IMG/VR virus record: IMGVR_UViG_3300035162_003276
Direction: 5' to 3' (one strand)
DNA length: 20,000 nt
Origin: an uncultured virus (IMG/VR IMGVR_UViG_3300035162_003276)
Lineage: Duplodnaviria; Heunggongvirae; Uroviricota; Caudoviricetes
The notes beneath the pieces were generated by a model, which was not told the DNA's origin, made no database searches, and worked only from the letters and a program-made list of their open reading frames with translations. Positions 7,873-18,500 of the stretch are shown piece by piece. Each line of letters begins with the position of its first letter. Position 1 is the first letter of the stretch. The translations under genes were made by a program, and so were the position numbers.

Positions 7873-8778
7873 ATGGCAACCAATAGTTACTTCCGTAGGA
7901 ATATACCATCAGAGCATAGACTGATTGAAGACTTGACCGTGGAAACGATCAAGGTCAATGGTCTGGATATGATTTACATTCCACGAACAGCAGTCAACAG
8001 AGACAGTTTGTTCGGTGAAGACTTGATTGCTAAATTTCAAGACAACTATTCAATTGAAATGTACCTAGAATCTGTTGATGGATTTGAGGGCGAGGGTGAC
8101 TTCATGTCTCGATTTGGATTGCAGATCAAAGATTCTGTCAATCTCGTCGTGTCAAAGAAAAGGTTTGAGATGGTTGTATCGAGAGCAGACACCACCGTCA
8201 CCAGACCAAGAGAAGGTGATATCATTTATTTTCCACTGTCAGGTGGTGTATTTGAAATTAAGTTTGTAGAACACGAAAATCCATTCTACCAACTCGGAAA
8301 ACTTTTCACATACAAACTCTCATGTGAACTTTTCACATACAACCAAGAAGAATTCAATACCGGCGACGATCTCATCGACAGCACCGAAGACAGCAGGCAA
8401 CAGTACGTTTCATTGCTTACTATGGGCGGTGTATCTGGTAGTACACTTGACTACTATGTCGGAGAAACTGTTTATCAGTCAGGCGGGACTGCAACCGTGG
8501 TAGACTGGTCTGGTAGCGATTCTGCGACTAAACTACTTTCAGTATCATTCAGCGGCGGTTCGTTTACGAACGGACAGGTGGTTGTTGGAGTTGCGTCTGG
8601 TACAGAGTATAGTCTTTCCTCATCTGCGACTGGTTCGACTGTAATTGTTCAGGATCCAGTAACAGGCACAGGTGGTGTGGTTGCTGGTCAAAACGAAGAA
8701 ATAGAATTCCATGCCGACAAGGAAAACATATTCGACTTCTCCGAGGTCGATCCATTCTCGGAAGGTAATTACTCATAA
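7873..8778 (+). CDS. gp14: Neck protein (head closure), T4 gp14-like
   Basis: E.IKVNGLDMIYIPR, LFGED...KF, IEMYLESVDGFEGEGDFMSRFGLQIKD, RPREGDIIYFP, FEIKFVEHENPFYQLGK, terminal FDFSEVDPFSE. Confidence 0.95.
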   Translation: MATNSYFRRNIPSEHRLIEDLTVETIKVNGLDMIYIPRTAVNRDSLFGEDLIAKFQDNYSIEMYLESVDGFEGEGDFMSRFGLQIKDSVNLVVSKKRFEMVVSRADTTVTRPREGDIIYFPLSGGVFEIKFVEHENPFYQLGKLFTYKLSCELFTYNQEEFNTGDDLIDSTEDSRQQYVSLLTMGGVSGSTLDYYVGETVYQSGGTATVVDWSGSDSATKLLSVSFSGGSFTNGQVVVGVASGTEYSLSSSATGSTVIVQDPVTGTGGVVAGQNEEIEFHADKENIFDFSEVDPFSEGNYS

Positions 8779-9637
8779 TGTTTGGTCACTTTTACAACAA
8801 ATCAATACGATCGGTTGTAGTTGCTTTCGGCTCTCTGTTTAACAATATTGTTATAAACAAAAGAGATTCGAATGAAACGATCATCGAGTATATTCGTGTA
8901 CCTTTGTCTTATGGAGGTAGAGAAAAATTTATAGAGAGAATTGAATCATCGAGTTCAATATCAGAGGGCAACAAAGTTCAAATTACACTACCGAGACTGG
9001 GATTTGAAGTTTCTGATATCTCATATGATCCAACAAGAAAACGAATCACGACTGGCAAGAAGTTCGGAAGAACGCCCGAAAATCAAGCTAGCAGTACTTA
9101 CATGTACACCGAAGTTCCATATGACATTTCATTCAGTCTCTCTGCATATACTAGAAACATGGATGATCTTCTCCAGATCATAGAGCAAATTACACCGTTC
9201 TTTACACCAGAATTTTCTGTGTCGCTGAACTTCAATGACATAAACCAGAAAACAGATGTACCATTCCTTCTGAACTCTGTAAGCATCAATGAGGACTACG
9301 AGGGATCGTTTGATACTAACCGTCTTCTAACTGCCGACATGAACTTCACAGCAAAGACATACATCTTTGGACCACAAAAAACATCCAGTCAGATCCTCAA
9401 CACAAAGACTGTTATCTTCAATTATGGGGATGTGGATATTTCATTCGGAGCAACAGGCTCTCCACGCACCGGAAGTACCGGGGCATACTCCAGAGTTGAT
9501 GTTGGTGTGAGTGGTGGTGTGACACTGGGAACATTTGATTTTGACGGACCTACCTTTGATGTTCAAAGTGAGGTATATGTAAGAGGGGCGATTGGTTCAA
9601 CTGCCGGTCCTCCAATTGATACGTTTGGTAACACAAT

Positions 9638-9641
<4 letters not shown>
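8778..9641 (+). CDS. gp15: Tail sheath stabiliser / tail terminator, T4 gp15-like
   Basis: MFGHFYNKSIRSVVVAFGSLFNNI, RVPLSYG.REKF, ITLPRLGFE...ISYDPTRK, QIIEQITPFFTPEF. TAATG stop/start overlap with gp14. Confidence 0.95.
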
Positions 9642-11702
<2,061 letters not shown>

Positions 11703-11714
11703 AAGTCTCGTTTT

Positions 11715-11722
11715 TCTAAATA
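11715..11722 (+). promoter_or_regulatory. Candidate late promoter (TCTAAATA) upstream of gp18
   Basis: Intergenic, 7/8 match to TATAAATA, 28 nt before the ATG. SD AGGAGA at 11739-11744. Confidence 0.7.
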
Positions 11723-11750
11723 CTAATAAAGTAAACTTAGGAGAATAAAT

Positions 11751-13787
11751 ATGGGATTTCAAGTCAGTCCGGGTGTAAATATCACCGAAAGAGATTTAAC
11801 TCTAATCGTCCCAGCTGTTGCAACTACAGCAGCAGGTTTTGCTGGAACCTTCCAATGGGGTCCAGTGGGCGAGAGAATTTTAGTCGATAGCACTAATACT
11901 CTCAACAGAATCTTTGGTGACCCAAACAACGAAAAAGAAGTATATACCTCATTCTTTACATGTGCCAACTTTTTAGGTTATGGTAATAACCTACAAGTTG
12001 TTCGTGTTGTTGATGCTTCGGCAAAGAACTCAACAACAGACGGAACTGCTGCACTGGTCAAGAACCGAAGAGATTTTGATGCAACCTTCGTTGCACCTAA
12101 CGGTTCCTCATCACTCGGCGGTGACTTCATTGCGAAGTATCCCGGCGATCTCGGCAACAGTCTAAAGGTGTACGTTTTTGATGGTGCCTCTGGCATCACA
12201 CACCTACACTTAGACACAAATGTTGCAGCAAATGGAAACACTCTTGGTCTTGTCGGTAAGGATGTCGCTGGTGGTGGTAGTGTAACCATCACGAAGGGCG
12301 ACACAATTAAGTTCTCATCTGATGGTCAAGAACACCGAGTGGTCGGTTATATGTCCGGAACAGATGAAGTCCGAGACTTCTTCAGCATTGCAGCCGCAAT
12401 GGGAAGTACAGGGCCCGGTTTCTCGGCAGCAGCGACTGCACTTATTGTTCAGCCGCCATTCAGAGCAGCATACACAGGTAGATCAGGGGGTGACTTCGGT
12501 GTAACACTAGAAGTCAAGAACGTCTACTCCGAGGAGTTCACCAGAGTTTCAACCACAACCGAGTTCATGGAATCAAGAGGTGCATCGAACGATGCACTTA
12601 ACGTCATGGTCGTTGACGAAAATGGTCTTTGGACCGGAAACAAGGGTTCCATTCTTGAGAAGTTTGAGTTTGTTTCGAAGTCCAGAGATGCCAAGACCTT
12701 CAACGGTGGTGGCAACTTCTACAAGGACAGAGTTAACGAAACATCAAGATACATCTACGCAAACACCAACCTCACCGGGGTCACGCCGGGTGCAGGACTC
12801 ACTGCTTCATACAACACAGTAAATGAAGCAGGTGACATCACAGGATTCGATAAGGGATTCTATGGTAAGTCACTCGCAGGTGGTAATGTAACCAACGCAG
12901 GACTCAGTGGTGGTTCACTCTACACTGACGGATACTCACTCTTCGAGGATCCAGAAACAGTAGACGTTTCACTCCTGCTCGGTGGTGGTGCAAACGCAGC
13001 ACTCAGTGGATTGCTAGTGGATCTCGCTGACGCCAGAAAGGACTGCGTAGTCTTCCTCTCGCCTCCAGTCGAGGACGTAGAAGACAAGGCACCAGAAACT
13101 GCTGTCAAGAACATCGTTGATTATAGAAGAACTGCGTTCAACAAGAGTTCTTCATACGCAGTCATGGACGGAAACATCAAGTATCAACTTGACCCATATA
13201 ACGATGTCGTTCGTGCGATTCCATTCAACGCAGACGTTGCTGGTCTCGTCGCACGCACAGAGGTCATCTCAGAACCTTGGTTCTCACCAGCCGGATTCAA
13301 TCGCGGACAACTCCGTGGTGTGGTTCGAACTGGATTCAACCCAACTAAGTCACACAGAGATGAACTCTACAAGAACAATGTTAATCCAATCGTTTCGTTC
13401 CCCGGACAAGGAACAGTTCTGTTTGGAGATAAGACTCTCCAGACCAAACCTTCCGCGTTCGACCGAATCAATGTTCGCCGTCTCTTCGTCATTCTTGAGA
13501 AGGCAATCGCAACTGCCGCTAAGTTCCAACTTTTCGAACTTAACGACTCCTTCACGCGAAACCAGTTCAAGAATCTAATTGTTCCGTTCTTAAGAACAGT
13601 ACAATCCCGAAGAGGTATTATCGACTTCAAGGTTGTTTGCGATGAATCAAACAACACCGGAGAAGTAATTGATCGTAATGAGTTCGTAGCAGACATCTTC
13701 ATCAAACCAGCACGATCAATCAACTTCATCCAACTGAACTTCATCGCCACAAGAACAGGTGTTGACTTCAACGAAGTTGGTGGATGA
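11751..13787 (+). CDS. gp18: Contractile tail sheath protein, T4 gp18-like
   Basis: MGFQVSPGVNITERDLT, G.FQWGPV, ANFLGYGNNLQVVRV, PWFSPAGFNRG, GTVLFGDKT, SAFDRINVRRLF, IFIKPARSINFIQLNFIATRTGVDFNEV. Confidence 0.98.
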   Translation: MGFQVSPGVNITERDLTLIVPAVATTAAGFAGTFQWGPVGERILVDSTNTLNRIFGDPNNEKEVYTSFFTCANFLGYGNNLQVVRVVDASAKNSTTDGTAALVKNRRDFDATFVAPNGSSSLGGDFIAKYPGDLGNSLKVYVFDGASGITHLHLDTNVAANGNTLGLVGKDVAGGGSVTITKGDTIKFSSDGQEHRVVGYMSGTDEVRDFFSIAAAMGSTGPGFSAAATALIVQPPFRAAYTGRSGGDFGVTLEVKNVYSEEFTRVSTTTEFMESRGASNDALNVMVVDENGLWTGNKGSILEKFEFVSKSRDAKTFNGGGNFYKDRVNETSRYIYANTNLTGVTPGAGLTASYNTVNEAGDITGFDKGFYGKSLAGGNVTNAGLSGGSLYTDGYSLFEDPETVDVSLLLGGGANAALSGLLVDLADARKDCVVFLSPPVEDVEDKAPETAVKNIVDYRRTAFNKSSSYAVMDGNIKYQLDPYNDVVRAIPFNADVAGLVARTEVISEPWFSPAGFNRGQLRGVVRTGFNPTKSHRDELYKNNVNPIVSFPGQGTVLFGDKTLQTKPSAFDRINVRRLFVILEKAIATAAKFQLFELNDSFTRNQFKNLIVPFLRTVQSRRGIIDFKVVCDESNNTGEVIDRNEFVADIFIKPARSINFIQLNFIATRTGVDFNEVGG

Positions 13788-13790
13788 CCT

Positions 13791-13798
13791 TATACATA
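13791..13798 (+). promoter_or_regulatory. Candidate late promoter (TATACATA) upstream of gp19
   Basis: Intergenic, 7/8 match to TATAAATA, 18 nt before the ATG. SD AAGGAGA at 13804-13810. Confidence 0.65.
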
Positions 13799-13816
13799 AA
13801 GTAAAGGAGAAAATAA

Positions 13817-14401
13817 ATGGCGATTAGCATAGAAAATTTCCGACAGAACTTTAGAGGACAAGGTTATCGAACTAACCTCTTTGAAGTTACTGGCAACATC
13901 GGACTTGAAGGAGGAGATCAACAGACTTCCTTCTTGGTCCGTGCGGCCCAACTTCCTGCGTCCAATCTAGGAACTGTTGAAGTACCTTTCCGTGGAAGAA
14001 CAATTAAACTTCCCGGTGACAGATCATTCGACGACTGGACAATCACAGTCCTCATGGATAACTTTGATCTTAGAGACAAATTTGAAAGATGGTCCAACTC
14101 GATCAACTCTTTCGCAAGCAACAGATCACTCGGGTTCCCACAGTTTGCGAATCCCGATTCAACTGGTTACTTAAGAGACTGGGCAGTCACTGCTCTAGGA
14201 AGAAACGGCGAATCTCTTAAGACTTACAACATTGTTGGGTGTTTCCCATCAGTCATCTCCTCGGTTGATCTCTCAGCTGATGCGACGACAACAGTTGGTG
14301 AATTCACCGTAACTCTTACCTATCAATACTGGACATCCAACACAACGGACGGTTCATCACAGGTAGGTCCACCAGAACCAGTAACCGATCCCGACTCCTG
14401 A
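13817..14401 (+). CDS. gp19: Tail tube protein, T4 gp19-like
   Basis: R.NLFEV, FLVRAAQLPASNLGTVEVPFRGRTIKLPGDRSFDDWTITV, LRDKFERW.NSIN, GCFP..IS.VDLS, EFTVTLTYQYW. Confidence 0.97.
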   Translation: MAISIENFRQNFRGQGYRTNLFEVTGNIGLEGGDQQTSFLVRAAQLPASNLGTVEVPFRGRTIKLPGDRSFDDWTITVLMDNFDLRDKFERWSNSINSFASNRSLGFPQFANPDSTGYLRDWAVTALGRNGESLKTYNIVGCFPSVISSVDLSADATTTVGEFTVTLTYQYWTSNTTDGSSQVGPPEPVTDPDS

Positions 14402-14418
14402 TATAAGGTATCTACATT

Positions 14419-15933
14419 ATGGAATTATTTGGGTTTTCCATTGAAAGAAATGGAACAAAGAAAACTTCATCCCGATCAGAGCCACTCTCGTTTGTGGCAC
14501 CTGATCGGGATGATGGTGCTGTTAATGTATCCGGAAATTTCTACGGCACATTCGTAGACTTCGACGGCAACATTAGAAATGAAAACGATCTGATCTTGAA
14601 GTACCGAGAGATGGCACTTCATGCAGAAACTGAAATGGCAATTGATGACATCACCAATGAATCAATTGTCTATGATGATTTCAAGTCTCCGGTTTCTATT
14701 CACTTAGACAACTTAGACGCAGCAAAGAATATCAAAAACAGAATAACAGAAGAGTTTGACAATGTTCTGAGACTGTTAGATTTTCAGAACAGAGGTTACG
14801 AAATCTTCCGAAGATGGTACATCGACGGCAAACTCTTCTACCACATAATTGTAGATGAGACCAAAAAGGGCGAGGGCATTTCTGAACTTCGTCCTGTCGA
14901 TCCTACCAGCATCAAGAAGTTGAGAAAAGTCAATAAGGTCAAAGATGAAAAGACTGGTGCTATTCTCATTAAGGGTGTCGAAGAGTATTATCTCTATAAA
15001 GAGAAGATGTCAGCAGGACAAAATACTGCTAACTATTACTCAGAAGAGATGAACCAAGGATTGAAAATTGATCCTTCAGCAATTGCTTATATCCATTCTG
15101 GACTCTACGACATCTCGAAGAAACGAGTCCTCGGGTATCTACACAAAGCAATCAAACCACTGAATCAACTTAGAATGATGGAAGACGCGACTGTAATCTA
15201 CAGAATCTCGCGGGCTCCTGAAAGAAGAATCTTCTACGTTGATGTTGGTAACCTTCCAAAGAATAAAGCCGAGCAGTATCTCAGAGAGATCATGAATCGG
15301 TACAGAAACAAATTGATTTATGATGCAGATTCAGGAGAGGTCAAAGACTCTCGTCGTCATATGTCAATGCTCGAAGACTACTGGATGCCACGGCGTGAAG
15401 GTGGTCGAGGAACCGAGATCCAAACCCTAGATGGTGGACAGAACCTCGGCGAAATGGAAGATGTTGATTACTTCAAGACGAAACTATATCAGTCACTCCA
15501 CGTTCCTGCTAGTAGACTAGAAGCAGACAGTGGGTTCAACATGGGTCGATCAGCAGAGATTTCAAGAGACGAACTTAAGTTCTTCAAGTTTGTAGAGAGA
15601 CTTCGAAAGAAGTTTGCAGAAATATTCTCAGTTGTCCTCAAGACTCAATTGATCCTGAAGGGTGTGATTACAGAAGAAGACTGGGACTCGATTTCCCGTG
15701 ACATTAACTATTCATATGCTAAAGATGGATACTTCACGGAACTAAAAGAGAACGAGATGATAAAAGAACGTCTCGAACTCTTACAGAACATGGAACCGTT
15801 CATTGGAACATTCTTCTCTAAGGATTTCATCAAGAAGAGAGTCCTGAAGTTCACCGAAGATGATATTAAACAGATAGATAAAGAGATGGAAAAAGAACAA
15901 CCAGATCCTGAGTTGTTAGATGGTGAAGAGTGA
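14419..15933 (+). CDS. gp20: Portal protein, T4 gp20-like
   Basis: MELFGFSI, LI.KYREMALH.E, IFRRWYIDGKLFYH, YLHKAIKPLNQLRMMEDATVIYRISRAPERRIFYVDVGNLPK.KAEQYL, MLEDYWMPRREGGRGTEI.TL.GGQNLGE. Confidence 0.98.
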   Translation: MELFGFSIERNGTKKTSSRSEPLSFVAPDRDDGAVNVSGNFYGTFVDFDGNIRNENDLILKYREMALHAETEMAIDDITNESIVYDDFKSPVSIHLDNLDAAKNIKNRITEEFDNVLRLLDFQNRGYEIFRRWYIDGKLFYHIIVDETKKGEGISELRPVDPTSIKKLRKVNKVKDEKTGAILIKGVEEYYLYKEKMSAGQNTANYYSEEMNQGLKIDPSAIAYIHSGLYDISKKRVLGYLHKAIKPLNQLRMMEDATVIYRISRAPERRIFYVDVGNLPKNKAEQYLREIMNRYRNKLIYDADSGEVKDSRRHMSMLEDYWMPRREGGRGTEIQTLDGGQNLGEMEDVDYFKTKLYQSLHVPASRLEADSGFNMGRSAEISRDELKFFKFVERLRKKFAEIFSVVLKTQLILKGVITEEDWDSISRDINYSYAKDGYFTELKENEMIKERLELLQNMEPFIGTFFSKDFIKKRVLKFTEDDIKQIDKEMEKEQPDPELLDGEE

Positions 15934-15939
15934 AAAACT

Positions 15940-15947
15940 TCTACATA
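15940..15947 (+). promoter_or_regulatory. Candidate late promoter (TCTACATA) upstream of the prohead-core-like gene
   Basis: Lies just after the gp20 stop and 23 nt before ATG 15971; fits the same TA-V-ATA motif. Confidence 0.5.
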
Positions 15948-15970
15948 TAGAAAAAGAGAAGGGAATTTAT

Positions 15971-16525
15971 ATGTCAACTGAAAGAGTAAATGATTTGGTC
16001 CGCGACCTGATGTTAAACAACTATCTTGGCGCGAGCGAAGCGTTCTCGGACATCATGAATGATAAGGTTTCTACTGCCCTAGAGAACATTTCTCAGGGTA
16101 TCAGTGATGGTATGTTCAATGATGAAGTGTGTGAAGAGTGTGACGCCGAGGAGGTCGAAGAAGGCAAGAAGGCAAAGAAAGACTACGACGGCGACGGAAA
16201 GATTGAAACTGGTTCTCAGGAATTCATGGGTTCAAGAGACAAAGCAATCAAGAAAGCAATGGCATCTAGAAAAGAAGAGGCAGAAGAACTTGATGAACTC
16301 AAGTCAGACACTCTCAGATCCTATCGTCAAAAAGCACAAGACGACGCAAATGAAATTGCAAGACTAAATCAAAGAAACAGAGGTCCACTTCAGGGCAGAG
16401 ACCGAAGGGACATGGCAAAGAGAATAGCAGGGAAAACCGCCGCTTTATCGAGACTCGATGCGAGAAGTAAGATTAAAGCAGGCGACAAAGACCCTGATCT
16501 AAAACGACTAGCTAAAGACGGTTGA
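15971..16525 (+). CDS. Prohead core protein-like (gp67/gp68 position) with appended charged modules
   Basis: Located between gp20 and gp21. The N-terminal helix DLVRDLMLNNYLGASEAFSDIMNDKVSTALE resembles small core proteins at this locus. Start 15971 is preferred over 15920 because it follows a purine-rich leader and the promoter-like motif and avoids overlap with gp20. Confidence 0.65.
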   Translation: MSTERVNDLVRDLMLNNYLGASEAFSDIMNDKVSTALENISQGISDGMFNDEVCEECDAEEVEEGKKAKKDYDGDGKIETGSQEFMGSRDKAIKKAMASRKEEAEELDELKSDTLRSYRQKAQDDANEIARLNQRNRGPLQGRDRRDMAKRIAGKTAALSRLDARSKIKAGDKDPDLKRLAKDG

Positions 16526-16540
16526 TACAAAGGAACAACA

Positions 16541-17197
16541 ATGCTTCTAATCACAGAAACAATTGAGGATGTTGAATACATCACCGAAGAGAAAGATGGC
16601 AAGAAAAAACTTGGCATCAAAGGTATCTTTATGCAGTCGGAAAAGGTGAACCGCAATGGTCGGTTATACGAAGGCAAAACACTAGCAGAAGCCGTTCGTA
16701 AGTACGACGAAAACTTTGTCAGTAAGAGTCGTGCAATGGGAGAACTCGGACACCCAGAAGGACCAACGGTAAATCTTGAGCGAGTATCACACCTTATTAA
16801 AGACTTGAAGCAAGAAGGTAACAACTACATCGGACACGCAGATATTCTTGAAACTCCATATGGAAATATTGTAAAAAATCTGATAGAGAGTGGTGCAAAA
16901 CTCGGTGTCTCTTCTAGAGGTATGGGTTCACTCGAAAGAAAAAATGGGGTGAATGTTGTTGGAAATGACTTTATGCTTTCCGCCGTTGACATTGTTGCCG
17001 ATCCTTCAGCACCCGACGCATTCGTCGAGGGAATCATGGAGGGTAGGGAATGGATTTGGAACAACGGGATTTTGAAAGAACGAACAATCGAGAGCATTCA
17101 AAAATGTATCAAAGGCGCATGTTCCTGCGAATTAGCAGAAACAAAAATCCAAGCCTTTGAGACTTTCCTTAACGAACTAAAAACACCGAAATTATAA
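16541..17197 (+). CDS. gp21: Prohead protease, T4 gp21-like
   Basis: MLLITE, IKGIFMQSE..NRNGRLY, catalytic His in AMGELGHPEGPTVNLERVSH, catalytic Ser in LGVSSRGMGSL, DIVADPSAPDAFVEGIMEG.EW. Confidence 0.97.
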   Translation: MLLITETIEDVEYITEEKDGKKKLGIKGIFMQSEKVNRNGRLYEGKTLAEAVRKYDENFVSKSRAMGELGHPEGPTVNLERVSHLIKDLKQEGNNYIGHADILETPYGNIVKNLIESGAKLGVSSRGMGSLERKNGVNVVGNDFMLSAVDIVADPSAPDAFVEGIMEGREWIWNNGILKERTIESIQKCIKGACSCELAETKIQAFETFLNELKTPKL

Positions 17198-17200
17198 ATA
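17193..17200 (+). promoter_or_regulatory. T4 late promoter consensus TATAAATA upstream of gp22
   Basis: Exact 8/8 match overlapping the gp21 stop, 26 nt before the ATG. SD AGGAGA at 17213-17218. Confidence 0.85.
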
Positions 17201-17226
17201 TTAAGCAAGTTTAGGAGAAACTACAA

Positions 17227-18459
17227 ATGTCAGATAACAGCAACAACGAATATATCGAAGAAGAACTCGTTGACGATGAGGCACTAACCTCCATCGACGA
17301 AGAGGACTTTGAAGTCGATGATGAAGAAATCGAAGAAATCTTCGACGAACTCGACGATGAAGATGTCGAGGAAGACGAGGAAGAACTCGAAGAAGATTAC
17401 GAGATGACCGATGCAGAACGAGGTCTACAAATTGCCAAGCTTCATACCATTCTTAAAGAACTTGAAGTTAGCGATGAGGACATTGCAGAGGCACTCGAAG
17501 AAGCCAAAACTATGGGTTACAAAAGAATGACATCCAACATGGAGCAACTCATGGCATCACTGCATGACAAGATGGCTGCCGAAGGTGTTATTGATCCGAA
17601 GTCCGAAGAGGATCCGGATCTCTACCAAACTGCCGATGGCAAGCACGCTAAACTCGACACCAAGAAGACTAAGGGTAAGGCAGTAGCACCTACCACCAAG
17701 CCTTCACAAGCAGGTGTTGACAAGAAAGTCGTAGTCCCAGCAGAAGCAGTAGAAGAAATCTTCGGTGAGGATCTTACCGAAGAAATGAAAAACAAAACTG
17801 CCACTCTCTTTGAGGCAGCAGTTAATGAAAAGATTAATGAATTCCGTTCCGAACTTCTAGAAGATCACGTTAAGAGTCTTTCAGAACACATGCACGGCCT
17901 TACCACAGAATTAACTGATAAGGTTGATGAATACCTCTCGTATGTAATCGAGAAATGGGTAGACGAGAACGAACTCGCAATTGAAACCGGAATTCGAACA
18001 GAGGTCGCAGAAAACTTCATTCTTGGTCTTAAGAATCTCTTCTTGGAGTCCGCCATTCAGGTTCCCGAAGAAAAAACCGATTTGGTTGAAGAACTTGCGT
18101 CTGAGGTGACATCACTTTCGGAAGAAATGAATTCCCTCATTGAAGAAAATATTTCTCTTAAGAAAGAGAACCTTCTAACAGAATGTGACAACATTTTTCA
18201 TGAGGTAGCAAACGGTCTTGCTGACACGCAAGTCGAACGTCTTTCCTCACTTACAGAAGGCATTGAGTTTGAACATGCTTCACAATACCGCGAAAAGGTA
18301 GAAATCATTAAGGAAACTTACTTCGGTGATAAATCAAAGAAAGCAACCTTACTCGAAGAAAACCTAGAAACAACTTCTGATGAAGAATCACAAGAAGAAC
18401 TCAGTTCCAGTATGTCAGTATACGCAAACGCAATCGCAAGAACTTTACCAAAATCGTAA
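17227..18459 (+). CDS. gp22: Prohead core scaffolding protein, T4 gp22-like
   Basis: GEDLTEEMKNKTATLFEAAV, KVDEYLSYVIEKWVDENELAIETGIRTEVAENFILGLKNLF.E..IQVPEEK.D, GLADTQ.ERL.SL.EG.EF, IKETYF, terminal M..YA.AI; synteny. Confidence 0.95.
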   Translation: MSDNSNNEYIEEELVDDEALTSIDEEDFEVDDEEIEEIFDELDDEDVEEDEEELEEDYEMTDAERGLQIAKLHTILKELEVSDEDIAEALEEAKTMGYKRMTSNMEQLMASLHDKMAAEGVIDPKSEEDPDLYQTADGKHAKLDTKKTKGKAVAPTTKPSQAGVDKKVVVPAEAVEEIFGEDLTEEMKNKTATLFEAAVNEKINEFRSELLEDHVKSLSEHMHGLTTELTDKVDEYLSYVIEKWVDENELAIETGIRTEVAENFILGLKNLFLESAIQVPEEKTDLVEELASEVTSLSEEMNSLIEENISLKKENLLTECDNIFHEVANGLADTQVERLSSLTEGIEFEHASQYREKVEIIKETYFGDKSKKATLLEENLETTSDEESQEELSSSMSVYANAIARTLPKS

Positions 18460-18463
18460 AAGC

Positions 18464-18471
18464 CATAGATA
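18464..18471 (+). promoter_or_regulatory. Candidate late promoter variant (CATAGATA) upstream of gp23
   Basis: The best TATAAATA-like octamer in the gp22-gp23 spacer, 29 nt before the ATG. SD AAGGAGA at 18486-18492. Confidence 0.55.
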
Positions 18472-18500
18472 AAAGAAAGTAACCAAAGGAGAAACCATCA

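Noticed and set aside
13117..13578. 153-aa alternative-frame ORF inside gp18, and similar short overlapping ORFs in gp18/gp23
   Set aside because: Ser/Thr-rich off-frame products expected from the biased codon usage of highly expressed genes; no RBS or motif.
15920..15970. Upstream start for the prohead-core-like ORF
   Set aside because: It overlaps gp20 and would place the promoter-like motif inside the CDS. ATG 15971 fits better.
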